Source of the DNA: Octopus bimaculoides
Taxonomy: Eukaryota
Length of the DNA stretch: 44,259 nucleotides
NCBI RefSeq assembly: GCF_001194135.2
Contig: NC_068999.1
Span: forward strand, 6,344,232-6,388,490
Reading direction: 5' to 3'
Part shown: in pieces, positions 22,998-36,816 of the stretch
Numbering within the stretch: the first letter of the stretch is position 1
How the letters are laid out: each line of letters starts with the position of its first letter
The notes under the pieces: generated by a model
Database searches by the model: none
Told to the model about the DNA's origin: nothing
What the model saw: the letters and a program-made list of their open reading frames with translations, nothing else
Made by a program: the position numbers and the translations under genes

Positions 22998-23100
22998 GTT
23001 TTGTGAAGTCTTGTGGCCGAATGATTGCAGTGAACACCTCATGATAATAAAGTTGTGAGTTCGATTCTTGAACCTGGCGAAGCGTTGTCCTTCTGAACAG
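22998..23100 (+). mobile_element. Decayed SINE head (family C-like)
   Basis: gtgaagtcttgtggccgaatgatt...aagttgtgagttcgattc...gttgtccttctgaacagcac. Confidence 0.45.
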
Positions 23101-23339
23101 CACCAGACCGACACCGAGTGTTAAAAGACTTAGGAATGTCGCGGCGAATAGTCGGCACTGTGTGGAGTGATTTCCCAGGAGCTGTACCGGAGCAAATTCG
23201 GCGAATAAACAAAATATATATACACTGTGTATATGCGATCGATAACGTTTACGTTAATATAGCTGTTTTTATTTGGAGATTTAATTTGGAAATGTGTGAG
23301 TGTATGTGTGTGCTCATACTTTTACCATATCATTGTGAC

Positions 23340-23620
23340 CTACAACTATCAATAAATCATGAAGTCAACAGAATATTGCAGGAGGAGAACTGGGCACGTG
23401 ACCAGCACAGTTTACGTCAGCGGAGCCATTTTGACATATCTAATTGATTCTTTGAATGCAGAAGATTGTATCACATGTCTACTCCAGCGCAACCCAGAGC
23501 TGTGCCATCGTTGCTGGTTTCCGAACAAGGATCCTTGTGATCCGAGATTTTCAAAGTATTCCTGCAAGCAGTCATCAAAGTGTTCCTGCTTCCATCACAC
23601 AATATTTCAAGGTATCTTTT
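23340..23620 (-). mobile_element. Decayed LINE (RTE-like) RT C-terminal fragment
   Basis: Minus-strand pieces ACRNTLKISDHK, LDMSKWLR*RKLCW and AGHV follow the 'CLRRILKISW.D ... I...I..R.LRWAGHV' order. Confidence 0.5.
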
Positions 23621-24539
23621 TTACTTCAATTATAAGCATGGATTGAAGGATGGCAGACATAGAGAGATGGTTACATAGATATACGAATAAATGAATACAT
23701 ATACGAATGGGTTTATAGATAGAAAGTTAAATAGACAGATAATGGATGGATCGATCGGTCGATAGATAGATAGATAGATAGATAGACACATACATACTTA
23801 CGTACATACATCTATATACACATGCATACATACACATACATACATACATACATATATAGTAGATAGACAGAGTGAAAGAGAGAAGTAGATACATCCATAT
23901 ATATATACATGCATACATACATACATACATACATACANNNNNNNNNNNNNNNNNNNNNNNNNNNNNNNNNNNNNNNNNNNNNNNNNNNNNNNNNNNNNNN
24001 NNNNNNNNNNNNNNNNNNNNNNNNNNNNNNNNNNNNNNNNNNNNNNNNNNNNNNNNNNNNNNNNNNNNNNNNNNNNNNNNNNNNNNNNNNNNNNNNNNNN
24101 NNNNNNNNNNNNNNNNNNNNNNNNNNNNNNNNNNNNNNNNNNNNNNNNNNNNNNNNNNNNNNNNNNNNNNNNNNNNNNNNNNNNNNNNNNNNNNNNNNNN
24201 NNNNNNNNNNNNNNNNNNNNNNNNNNNNNNNNNNNNNNNNNNNNNNNNNNNNNNNNNNNNNNNNNNNNNNNNNNNNNNNNNNNNNNNNNNNNNNNNNNNN
24301 NNNNNNNNNNNNNNNNNNNNNNNNNNNNNNNNNNNNNNNNNNNNNNNNNNNNNNNNNNNNNNNNNNNNNNNNNNNNNNNNNNNNNNNNNNNNNNNNNNNN
24401 NNNNNNNNNNNNNNNNNNNNNNNNNNNNNNNNNNNNNNNNNNNNNNNNNNNNNNNNNNNNNNNNNNNNNNNNNNNNNNNNNNNNNNNNNNNNNNNNNNNN
24501 NNNNNCTTCGTGTGTCTTTGTACTTATGATATATTTGCG

Positions 24540-24580
<41 letters not shown>

Positions 24581-25263
24581 GGATGGATGGATAGATAGAT
24601 GGACAGACAGACAGGCATACATTTGCTACGTAGAAGGAACAGTGTTTACAGACAGAGACAAAAAGAAATTTCCCAAAGTACTCACGGCATATCACTACAC
24701 ATTACGAAATATCAAAACAAATACACATATTCGCATTTTAAAATTGTATTTTGTTTGTCAAGTGACGTGAATTGTAGTCATGTCTCACAAACAAGACAAT
24801 TCCATCACGGTAACTTTATGTCAGCCATTTAAACGACAAAGTTATATGCTGTTATATTCACTTCAGAAGTATTACATTATAGCATTGTATATTATAATGT
24901 GTCAATACATTTCGTTGTCTATCTATGATGTAGTCGCCGATAAAAGTTTTGGTGTAGCTTGAGAATAGCTTTAATGACCAGGTTGTATACGTAAGACGGA
25001 GTTTTGTTGACACTCCTTAGTAAAAAGTCTTGATAGAAAATGCTACAAAATCTATCCAATAGTATGTGTTTGTTTTACATGGGTAAAATGCATCTTCCAA
25101 GACACAATTGATTTACATAATTGTATACTTGTATAATTAGATATACATATATATACACGATCAATAGACAAACGAAAGAACGGCGCTCAACCCATTTCCT
25201 GGGAGTTAGTTACATGTATGGATCAAAACTGTATGGAACCCTGATTTTCAAGCATGTCGGTTG

Positions 25264-25315
<52 letters not shown>

Positions 25316-25485
25316 TACTGTTCGGTTACGTACGATCAATCAAAAGGTACTCCAGCCAGTGAGGGATCAATATCATTTGATGTACACAGAATGAAGCTAT
25401 GAGCTACTGTTAGTCTCATGCATTGACTCGTGTCTCCAAAGCGTGAAACTTTTCGTAGCTCGTATCTGTACGATGTACATTAAGT

Positions 25486-25522
<37 letters not shown>

Positions 25523-26159
25523 ACAGAGAACTTTGAATGGAAGCGATTGAAGCATACATGTTGCGTGTGTGCACGTGTGTGTGTATTTCTGTGTGCGCGT
25601 GATTGTGTGTGAACGCGCTTGCGTGGAGACTTATATATTTGTAGAGAGAGGACATATTTTATATCCTTTCTTTGTGTAATAAAAAGTTGAAATGTGAAAG
25701 TAAAAGCGAGTAAACTTTTTGAAATTCTTTCATTTTCTGTGTGTCGATATAATTTATGACAGAAATATTTTTAAAAATATATACAGACTCACAATAAATA
25801 CTGAGTGGCGACAAAAACATTGTAACTATGTAACTTCGGATGTTCTAAACTAAGCTGAAAATACTTGTTCCAATATAGAAATCGCTAAACGAAAGATTTG
25901 TTTATCCGTTCTGATTTGATCAATATTTACTGAACCTTTAATTTGTAAACGATGAAAAAAAAACCGTTACAGGTGTTGCAGAAATATGGTTGAGTATCCT
26001 TCTGGTCCTAAAAAATGGACCATGGCCGCTAATGTGTTAATTACAGGGCATTAAGCTTTTGAGCTGTCATTCATAAAATTTCTCCATAGATTTGGAACGA
26101 GGCGAACACAGAAGCTGCACTACTCACTGAGAACGACAAATATTTCGCTTTCCTGGAGT

Positions 26160-26290
26160 TTGGCAAAATCGATGGTCTTTCAGTTGGTCGCGAAAAATAG
26201 GTGAAGCTGACTGCAGTGGAATTTGAAATCCGAACGCAAAACGTGAGGACAAAAAGTTGCAAAGCATTCACCGGCCCCAACAACTTAAGG
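26160..26290 (-). mobile_element. Highly decayed SINE (family A-like)
   Basis: 'ggaatttgaaatccgaacgcaaa...aaagcatt' parallels the family A B-box and head on the minus strand. Confidence 0.35.
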
Positions 26291-26407
26291 ACTCAGTCAA
26301 AGATTTTCTTGTGGGTGCGTGCGTGTAGAAGTATGTATATAAATATATGTGTGTGCATATATGTAGATGTGTGTATCTATGCGCTTGAATATATATGTGT
26401 GTATGTA

Positions 26408-26462
<55 letters not shown>

Positions 26463-27624
26463 NNNNNNNNNNNNNNNNNNNNNNNNNNNNNNNNNNNNNN
26501 NNNNNNNNNNNNNNNNNNNNNNNNNNNNNNNNNNNNNNNNNNNNNNNNNNNNNNNNNNNNNNNNNNNNNNNNNNNNNNNNNNNNNNNNNNNNNNNNNNNN
26601 NNNNNNNNNNNNNNNNNNNNNNNNNNNNNNNNNNNNNNNNNNNNNNNNNNNNNNNNNNNNNNNNNNNNNNNNNNNNNNNNNNNNNNNNNNNNNNNNNNNN
26701 NNNNNNNNNNNNNNNNNNNNNNNNNNNNNNNNNNNNNNNNNNNNNNNNNNNNNNNNNNNNNNNNNNNNNNNNNNNNNNNNNNNNNNNNNNNNNNNNNNNN
26801 NNNNNNNNNNNNNNNNNNNNNNNNNNNNNNNNNNNNNNNNNNNNNNNNNNNNNNNNNNNNNNNNNNNNNNNNNNNNNNNNNNNNNNNNTTGTAACAATTC
26901 ATCGAGCTTAGTCGAAAACGATATACACATGATACAAAGCGGGAAAGTATCATGATTTCCTTCTATTGCAGTTCAACACATACAGGTTCCAAAAGGAAAA
27001 TTTCCGAGTGATACAAAGATTCATTATAACCCAGACGTTATTCATTTGGCATGTTTTCTGAAGTTGCTTCGTATATATTCTGCATTGATTCTGTGAGTAA
27101 AGATTAGGATCTGAATAGACCCGAAAAGCATTCACCGTTTCATAATATTAGGTTAATGCTTTTTGATATTGGCTGATCAGAGAGACTTGCGTGGTAATTC
27201 AACCAGTTAGAAACAGTAGCCAGAGTTCCTCAAATGGTACTCTGTCGGCTTCAATAAATGTAGTTGTATAGAGCTTTTTTTAAATTTTGTTTTATTCAAA
27301 AGAGAAAAGTAAATCTTGATCCGTCACAGGGCCTCTGAGAATGAGAGTATCCTAAAGCAAGAAACATGGCTCCATTGATTGCTATAAAGTGGACCATGCT
27401 GAAGGTACCATGTGGTGGTGTTAAATCGGGTGACGGACTAAGTCTACGCCGCAAGTAGACCGTGAACAGATTTCAACTAACAAAGTAAAGACCTTAAAAC
27501 ATCCGGCAAAAACATCGGGTCCGAACATCTTAGAATCCGACTTGGATTTTCATATTTTGTTATCAACCTTGATGGGATTTGAACTCAGAACCCACGGTAC
27601 AGGAAGTTTCCCTAATCCGTTGCC

Positions 27625-27760
27625 CCCGAATTAGAACATTTTCCTATCGACCGTGAAAGGTTGAAAGGCAAAGTTGACCTCGGCAAGAATTTGAAATTCA
27701 TACACTAAGTGTCAGTACAAATGTCGCAAAATGATTTCTCTGACTCTCGAACGTCTCGCA
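27625..27760 (-). mobile_element. SINE family A fragment
   Basis: atcgaccgtgaaaggttgaaaggcaaagttgacctcggcaagaatttgaa is the reverse complement of the family A core. Confidence 0.7.
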
Positions 27761-27770
27761 GCCATAAATA

Positions 27771-27864
27771 TTGGGTTGTTCGGAAAGTTCGTGCTTACCT
27801 TTCGACTTATTTGCCATGAAACCACCTCAATTCCGGGAAGAGGGTATTTTCAAGTCAAAGGAAA
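27771..27864 (+). mobile_element. Truncated second copy of the mariner MITE at 7168
   Basis: TA|TTGGGTTGTTCGGAAAGTTCGTGC-TTACCTTTCGACTTATTTGCCATGAAACCACCTCAATTCCGGGAAGAGGGTATTTTCAAG is nearly identical to the 7168 copy apart from a short deletion; the right end is lost. Confidence 0.88.
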
Positions 27865-27897
27865 CACACACACACAGATATACATATATATGTAGGA

Positions 27898-28070
27898 GTG
27901 GCGCAGGAGTGGCTGTGTGGTAAGTAGCTTGCATACCAACCACATGGTTCCGGGTTCATTCCCACTGCGTGGCACCTTGGGCAAGTGTCTTCTACTATAG
28001 CCACAGGCCGACCAAAGCCTTGTGAGTGGATTTGGTAGACAGAAACTGAAAGAAGCCTGTCGTATATATG
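27898..28070 (+). mobile_element. tRNA-type SINE (family B) ending in a (TA)n tail
   Basis: ggcgcaggagtggctgtgtggtaagtagcttgc...ggttccgggttcattcccactgcgtggcaccttgggcaagtgtcttctac...gaaagaagcctgtcgtatata. Confidence 0.88.
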
Positions 28071-28612
28071 TATATATATATATATATATATNNNNNNNNN
28101 NNNNNNNNNNNNNNNNNNNNNNNNNNNNNNNNNNNNNNNNNNNNNNNNNNNNNNNNNNNNNNNNNNNNNNNNNNNNNNNNNNNNNNNNNNNNNNNNNNNN
28201 NNNNNNNNNNNNNNNNNNNNNNNNNNNNNNNNNNNNNNNNNNNNNNNNNNNNNNNNNNNNNNNNNNNNNNNNNNNNNNNNNNNNNNNNNNNNNNNNNNNN
28301 NNNNNNNNNNNNNNNNNNNNNNNNNNNNNNNNNNNNNNNNNNNNNNNNNNNNNNNNNNNNNNNNNNNNNNNNNNNNNNNNNNNNNNNNNNNNNNNNNNNN
28401 NNNNNNNNNNNNNNNNNNNNNNNNNNNNNNNNNNNNNNNNNNNNNNNNNNNNNNNNNNNNNNNNNNNNNNNNNNNNNNNNNNNNNNNNNNNNNNNNNNNN
28501 NNNNNNNNNNNNNNNNNNNNNNNNNNNNNNNNNNNNNNNNNNNNNNNNNNNNNNNNNNNNNNNNNNNNNNNNNNNNNNNNNNNNNNNNNNNNNNNNNNNN
28601 NNNNNNNNNNNN

Positions 28613-28649
<37 letters not shown>

Positions 28650-29600
28650 ATATATATACATATGTAAACGCATATATCTACATATAGCGCAACATTTATA
28701 TATTTCATGTGTATGTATAATTATTCATACATATACACACATAAAATGCATACATTATCATTCATACACAGCCAAATGTATGCGCAAATATCTCTATATA
28801 TGTACGTGAGCGCGCGTGTCCATGCATGTATGCATGTTAATGTATATTGATACGTACGAATTTAAATCAAGTCTGACACCTAATTCCTATAAAAGTACAT
28901 GCGCACGAACACAGACACACATATACACATAAACACACTCGAGCACGAGATTCACACATACAATTACACTGCTAAAACCAGGAACATAACTGGTAATTAG
29001 CCAAAGCTGGCTTTGTACAAACTTAATAAACTAAGCTAAAGACTAAACGTCATATTGGTTTAATAAATCTCTTCCCTGCAAGCAAATAATAACAATTGAC
29101 TTCTGGACGGAAAATTAATGTGATGTGAGGTCGTGAAAATATATAATATAATATACACCCACTATCTATGAATGCTAGTTATTAGTGTGATGCTTTCAGC
29201 AAGCGACCAGTCGAACGTAGGTATTTTCCCTGGAGGACAGACGAAATTGTCGAAGTAAATTAGAACGAGGCGCTTAGGAAATTTTCATTGTTAATTCATA
29301 TATGTACTCGCGTTCTTCTGGCATCCTTTGTCTTTTCTTTTAGCAGCATATCTCTCCCTTTCTCTCTCTCCATTCCCCTCTCTCTCTTTCTCTCTCTTTC
29401 TCTCTCTGTCTTGCACTTCTCTCTTCCTTACTGTGGTGTGATGTCATTAACATACAGCTAATTGCATCAAAGTGCTTCCCTATTTCCCTCTTCTCTCTGA
29501 CCCTCTCTCACTCACTCCTTAGTAATTTCTATCTCATACATACACACATACATACAAACATACATACATATATTTATACACTCACACATACACACACATC

Positions 29601-29690
29601 ATATAGAAGAGCTTAGGCTTGAAACGTCAAAGCCTTTTCCATGGGCGTTAAACTACTACATCCTGATTATTGTTCTTTCACTCCGTCTTC
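29601..29690 (+). mobile_element. Probable Penelope pLTR relic with a decayed minimal hammerhead
   Basis: ..TAGAAGAGC-TTAG-GCTT-GAAA-CGTC-AAAG: hairpin GAGC/GCTT directly before GAAACGTC (ACGT palindrome); the 5' core is mutated. Confidence 0.4.
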
Positions 29691-29901
29691 ATGCTATTTT
29701 TCGCATTTTTAGACCATATATACTGTATTTTGGCATGTCAAAAATGAGGTTTAAAAAATATGGGAGTTTTTCATACATGGATATTATTTTAATCCCTTAC
29801 AAAACATTTTTTCCAAATTTTAAGCCCCAACATTTTGGGAGTTCCATATACACGATGGTTCCTTACACGGTAAAATACGGTATATATAAATATATGTCTG
29901 C

Positions 29902-29994
<93 letters not shown>

Positions 29995-30772
29995 CACAAA
30001 TATATATGTATATACATGACTACATATAACTGCATAAATGTGTATAATTATATGTACATATATCTATATGTGCCTTTACGTGTGTATGTATGTTTATTTA
30101 TTTATATAGCTGTCCCACTTGTCTATATGGATCAGTCTCTTTGCTTATATATATCTACTTCTGTCAGTTCCTCTTTCTCTTTCTCTCTCTTTTCTTCCTC
30201 TCGTATCCTCTCTCTCCCTCCCCTCTTTCTCTCTCCCTCTCTCTCTCTCCTTCCCTTTTTCTTTCTTTCCCCGATTTTCTGTCATTCTGACTCCATCACA
30301 CAGTAACCAATCAAAAATATCAATTACTCCACAATAGTTAACATCTCAGTTGTAGAAACATTTCTCGACAGTAATTAGAGAAAAACTTACTTATTCTATA
30401 CATGTTGTCAAGCAGCATTAGTTTGATTCTTTTAAACAACACCTACAGCCAGGCTATCTATATTTATATTCACCGTATTATACTAAACTAACTCACTTTA
30501 ACTCTTAGCCGTACCTTTGCTGGTCATGTTTTTTTACATATCTGCATCTATAAATGTAGGCCTAGTGAAGATTTTTATTACATATATCCATATATTATAT
30601 ATATATATGTATATATATATATTATATATATATATATACATATGGAAATCTTTTGCAATTGACTCATGGTCTTTCTGGGATTATTATCAATGGTCTGTTG
30701 AACTTGCTGGATAAATTCAGGTGTTCTGATGATTTCAGAGCGTTCAGAATGCTTTTTATGCTTTGATATTGG

Positions 30773-30796
30773 TGATACGTTTCCGTCTTCAGTCTC
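30773..30796 (-). ncRNA. Minimal hammerhead relic lacking stem II
   Basis: Minus strand GAGA-CUGAAGA-CG-GAAA-CGU-A|UCAC. Confidence 0.35.
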
Positions 30797-30989
30797 TAGC
30801 TCCTTACAACCTTACAAACTTTGTAGACGAAAGAACTGAAAACTTTTAAAATCGAAATATTGCTAAATCGCTATGCTCAGCCTTTATAACCACAATAACA
30901 GCATGTCTCTTCATTTCTTGAGAAATCTGAGTGTCTGCCATTATTATTTTCTGAAACAAAGATTATACAGAGTATATATGTATATATAT

Positions 30990-31020
<31 letters not shown>

Positions 31021-32084
31021 NNNNNNNNNNNNNNNNNNNNNNNNNNNNNNNNNNNNNNNNNNNNNNNNNNNNNNNNNNNNNNNNNNNNNNNNNNNNNNNN
31101 NNNNNNNNNNNNNNNNNNNNNNNNNNNNNNNNNNNNNNNNNNNNNNNNNNNNNNNNNNNNNNNNNNNNNNNNNNNNNNNNNNNNNNNNNNNNNNNNNNNN
31201 NNNNNNNNNNNNNNNNNNNNNNNNNNNNNNNNNNNNNNTATAAAAATATATATATATATATATATACGTAGGTGAGAGTATGTATATAAGTCTATAACAT
31301 GGGTGTGTGAGATTATATCTATGAATGAATGTATATATATACAAAAATATGTTTACTGAGACACTTAATTAAAACTTGTTGATATTAGTTCAAGATTAGT
31401 AAATATCCGCCACGACTATTTTGAATTCGACGTTTACAATAAAATTTATACTACATAACAATAAAAAACAATGATACAATTTCTACACGGTTGTACCACA
31501 AGAAAATTTACATAAGCTAGAAGATATCATTATTTAGACATAACAAACATAGTATGCATATATTCAAACCGAACCACCATGGCGAGAGCAAGATGGAAAA
31601 GAAATATCGAAAATATAAAATCTGGAATGTTGCCAGAAAAAACTAAAGAACCAGGAGATGACTAACGATGTCCAATCGATGAATGTCGTAATGAGGTCAA
31701 AGTCAATTAATATGATTAATGAGACTTATATGTCAAGCAAATTTAATAGGAAGGAAGAAAAGAAAGTGACTGAGGACTATAGCAGCGATTGGCCATTGAC
31801 CAATTCTGAAATTGTGGGTAAATAGTCATAATGACACTTCTGTGATGTAAGTGTTGTACTTTCAAATTTACAGCTAAACACCAAGTTATATTCGTAGATA
31901 ACTGCAGCTTCAGTTGAAATGCACATACACGCACACGCACACATACACACACACACGCACACACATACACACACACACGCACGCACACATACACACACGC
32001 ATGCACACACGTATGTGTGTAAGTATTTATGAACGTGTATGTATGTTTCTATACAGATAGATAGATAGACAGACATATAGATTG

Positions 32085-32134
<50 letters not shown>

Positions 32135-32199
32135 ACAACTTTTCTCTTGACCTTTGGTACACGTTAGGCCGATTATCAGGTTCCCAAGCCGTATAAATT

Positions 32200-32360
32200 A
32201 CCAACATTACATCATTCGTCTGGATGGGAAGTCATTCCGTTGCAGAATTCAAGACCAGTTATTTTGCCCCTACTTTGAATTATCAGATTCTGGTGGGACT
32301 TAAATCCAGAAGCTAAAGAACCGGAAGGAATACCATTAAGCATTTTGTCAGATATGCTTA
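32200..32360 (-). mobile_element. Decayed SINE (family A-like)
   Basis: 'ggtgggacttaaatccagaagctaaagaaccggaaggaataccattaagcattttgtc' parallels the family A head on the minus strand. Confidence 0.45.
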
Positions 32361-32747
32361 TATTATGCACATATATGTAGGTAGAGATGTATGAGATAGT
32401 AGAATACATACACACACGTATATATATAATGATACGAACCGCATATTACAGGGGAAACAGATCCTAAAATCTAACTCCGTAATATATATTCCATTTTGTT
32501 TGCTTGCACATGTGTCTGAGCAAGTTCGGTGCACAGGTAAATCTACAGGTCAGTTTATTTGTCTATTTTATTGGTGCCTTTAATCATCCGTCTCACAGGC
32601 AACCTCGTTTAGAACCGAGAGAATGCATTGATGCGTGTATGTGCCTATACACACATGTGTTACTGTACACGTATGTCTACATACAAACACAGACATACAC
32701 ACACACAAACACACAAACACACAAACATACACATATGTGTATATATG

Positions 32748-32782
<35 letters not shown>

Positions 32783-33109
32783 ATATACACATACATATGC
32801 ACATATCAATATACATTTATCGTCTTATAAATCTATCTATCTATCCATGTATCCATCTATCAAGCCNNNNNNNNNNNNNNNNNNNNNNNNNNNNNNNNNN
32901 NNNNNNNNNNNNNNNNNNNNNNNNNNNNNNNNNNNNNNNNNNNNNNNNNNNNNNNNNNNNNNNNNNNNNNNNNNNNNNNNNNNNNNNNNNNNNNNNNNNN
33001 NNNNNNNNNNNNNNNNNNNNNNNNNNNNNNNNNNNNNNNNNNNNNNNNNNNNNNNNNNNNNNNNNNNNNNNNNNNNNNNNNNNNNNNNNNNNNNNNNNNN
33101 NNNNNNNNN

Positions 33110-33140
<31 letters not shown>

Positions 33141-33192
33141 CATACATACATACATACATACATACATACACATACATACATACATGCATATA

Positions 33193-33226
<34 letters not shown>

Positions 33227-33588
33227 CATATATACATACATCCATACATGTAGATAGAAGCTCACATATACCTCCTTGCTCTGATCGATTCACATTCATC
33301 TTTCCCTTCATACACCGAGGTCAGACAATCAAATTCCTCCAAACACATATATTTATACAACTCTACCTTCTCCCCCGTAACTACCTCCATTCATTTACTA
33401 ATCCTACATATTTTCTTTCATTTCTTTTTTAACATAACGTATTCTCACTAACATACTCTGGTATGTGCATTAAAGAATATCATTGTTAATCATATCACAT
33501 GGCTACGTTTTTTTTAATCTTAGCAAAATTTTTACATAATTCACTGTTTGTCTTTCTGTTTATCGAACCTTATTCCATCTCTCTCTGT

Positions 33589-33627
<39 letters not shown>

Positions 33628-34089
33628 CCCATACCTCTTTCCCTCTCTATGTCTTTCTCCCTCTTTGTTTTTCTCTCTTTTACTTCTGACTGTTGTCTTT
33701 CTATTAGGCGATTGTGAGCGTCGGAGTACAGATGTGTATGCCGAAGTCACTGTGTGTGTGTGTGTGTGTATGTGTGTTTAGTGATGGGAGACATTGACTC
33801 AACCTGATTGAATGTAGTTCCTATAAACCTTACTTTTTGATAGATGTTCAGAAGTCTCCGGCATTTAATGTTATTCATCATGCTTTTGATATGAGTGTAT
33901 ATTTTAATAAGAATACTGAACTGTGCAAACGTGCGCATTTTATATATATATATATAAATATAAATATATACATATACATATATATATGTGTGTATGAATA
34001 TATATATATATATGTATGTATATGTATATATATATCTGTGTATGTATACATATATACATATATATACACGCATATACTTATATATATAT

Positions 34090-34142
<53 letters not shown>

Positions 34143-34380
34143 TGTTAAGTATATAGGTATACGTGTACTATAATATAAATATATGTCTCCTAGATATGTA
34201 TGTAATAATTTCACTTCCAATTCATAGTTACATACATGTGTGCTGTGTTCGAACGCTTGACTTGACTTACATACACGCACAAACCTCAACATACGTACTA
34301 TGTTGCTGTATTATGTAATCTACCAATAAATATGTTTGTGTATGTGTTTGTACGTGTGTGCGCATAAATACATATATACG

Positions 34381-34476
<96 letters not shown>

Positions 34477-35444
34477 CATATGTATATATATGGCTTTTAT
34501 GCATATATATTTGCGTATATATATGGGTATATTTTGCTTCCTAACTTAGATAATGACTGAATATTTGTGAGATACAGAGCTACATATAACGTCAGATAAC
34601 TATCGATTTTTATTCGGATAAATCATAGTCGATGCAATCATAGTATACGACTACATCTTTTATAACATTCCCTTTCTCTATGCCTATTCATTGACCAGTT
34701 CTTGTGCTGTGGTTGGGCCGCATCTAACGGTCATCGGTCAACTAACGTCACACACCAGTGGTCTGTCGAACTTAGGCAATTTGGATAAGTAATGTTCTAC
34801 CTTTTGACATTGGTAAAGGTATTTTGGCTCTCTGTGATGCTGCTATTTGCTAGTTTAGACTAATTCGTTATCTCCTCCGTTCATTCTAACGCCCAATTCG
34901 ATGTTTCATTTGTGTAGCTGCAATACACCGATATACAGGTATAAATACACTTAGAGACACAGTCACACAAAAATATATATCTACGCACATATGTGTGCGT
35001 GTGTAGATATGTGGCCGCGTGTTATATTTCATGCGATAAATATAAATCGTATATATATACAAAATATACGTATTTATACAGGCTCATATATATTGTATCT
35101 AACTATCTCTCTTTCTCTCCCCCTCTCTCTCACTATCTATCTGAATCTCTCTTTTTGTATGTATATATATATATATGTATATACGTATGTGCATATATAT
35201 ATCTGTATATATATATATATATATACTTGTATATATATGTATATATATACATATATGTATATATATATATATATAATATATGTGTATGTTTATATTATAT
35301 ATGTATATATATNNNNNNNNNNNNNNNNNNNNNNNNNNNNNNNNNNNNNNNNNNNNNNNNNNNNNNNNNNNNNNNNNNNNNNNNNNNNNNNNNNNNNNNN
35401 NNNNNNNNNNATATATATATATATATATCAAAATTTATAGAAAC

Positions 35445-35480
<36 letters not shown>

Positions 35481-36106
35481 TATACTTCAAGCTTAAATTA
35501 TTCGTTTACATAAAGTTCCATATCCTCAAGAGATATTCATTACAAATTCTTTAAATTACACCACTCTACAGATCGCCTAATTATGTCAAAAGAAGTAAAC
35601 ATTCGCTGTACATCAAATGGGTCTCAATTACAAGAACTTAGATATTCGAATTCTTTATATCTTTTATTCTTTACATAGTTTTTAGATTCACCATGTACAT
35701 AATCTCAATTACATACGAAATCAAGTTATCCGTGTATGAGTGCGTGAGGGAGAATTTCGATGGTTCAGGAATGATAAAAACAAAGATGATTGTTATACTT
35801 ACTAAATGATTAGACGTGGGTTGCTGCATAATTATTGCCGCTTTTTTACGTAACAAGAACATCTTTCAATGATTATTCCGGAGCATATTCACCATCTACT
35901 TCAATTACTGCTTCTCATTTGCTTGGCAGACGGTCAGACCGTCATTTAAAGATGTTTTTGTTAAATATTGTTATTGCTTTTGTTGAATTAAATTTGTTGA
36001 AAACAAGCTGCAATAATTATGCACCAACCCAATAACATAGTAGTATAGCTTAGTGTTCATTCATATATCTATCCATACACGCATACATATATATGTACAT
36101 ATAGAT

Positions 36107-36265
36107 GAAGGCGTAGCAGTGTGGTAAGAAGCTTGCTCCACAACCACATGGTTCCGGATTCAGTCCCATTGAGTGGCCCCTTCCTCAAGTGTCTTGTAGC
36201 AAAGCTTCGGGCCGGCCAAGGCCTTTTGAATGGATTTGGTTGACGGAAGCTGAAAAAACCTGTCG

Positions 36266-36270
<5 letters not shown>
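36107..36270 (+). mobile_element. tRNA-type SINE (family B)
   Basis: gaaggcgtagcagtgtggtaagaagcttgc...ccacatggttccggattcagtccc...ggatttggttgacggaagctgaaaaaacctgtcgtatg. Confidence 0.82.
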
Positions 36271-36322
<52 letters not shown>

Positions 36323-36637
36323 GTATGTATGCATGTATGTATTTATGTATGTATGTATGTATGTATGTATGTATGTATGTATCCATGTGTGTGTGTGTGT
36401 CTTGTGTCTGTGTTTGTCCCCCGCAGACTGGTTGACAACTACACCTTTTCTGTTTTAAAACCTATAAAAAAATTTTTTGGAGCAGTTTCGCGGGAACGGA
36501 TCAATTATATTTTAGTTAAATTCAATGACGAAAATTGATTTGTAAAACGAATAAATCGTAAGACGAGCTCGGTAATGGAACGGATTAAACTCGTGCTGTT
36601 ACGTATCACTATATATACATATACATATATATGTGAA

Positions 36638-36755
36638 TATATGTATATATTTAAATATATATATGAATTTATTTATATGTATATGTATATGTATATATTT
36701 AAATATATATATGAATTTATTTATATGTACATGTATATGTATATATTTAAATATA

Positions 36756-36764
<9 letters not shown>
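36638..36764. repeat. 48-bp AT-rich minisatellite, ~2.6 copies
   Basis: Repeated atgtatatatttaaatatatatatgaatttatttatatgtatatgtat; seen as a 16-aa repeat in the 36575 ORF. Confidence 0.85.

Positions 36765-36816
<52 letters not shown>

Noticed and set aside
23462-23608. Apparent plus-strand exon (tgcag|...caag|gtatct) with two open frames
   Set aside because: No recognisable protein, and the minus strand fits a decayed LINE RT better. RNA-seq would be needed to revive it.
31655-31695. CTAACGATGTCCAATCGATGAATGTCG resembling a hammerhead
   Set aside because: Both core boxes are mutated and no stem I forms; too degenerate.
35929-35943. Perfect palindrome GACGGTC-A-GACCGTC
   Set aside because: A single 7-bp arm is within chance expectation for 44 kb.
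36045-36770. Short regular repeats considered as a CRISPR-like array
   Set aside because: No unique spacers; these are eukaryotic micro- and minisatellites.
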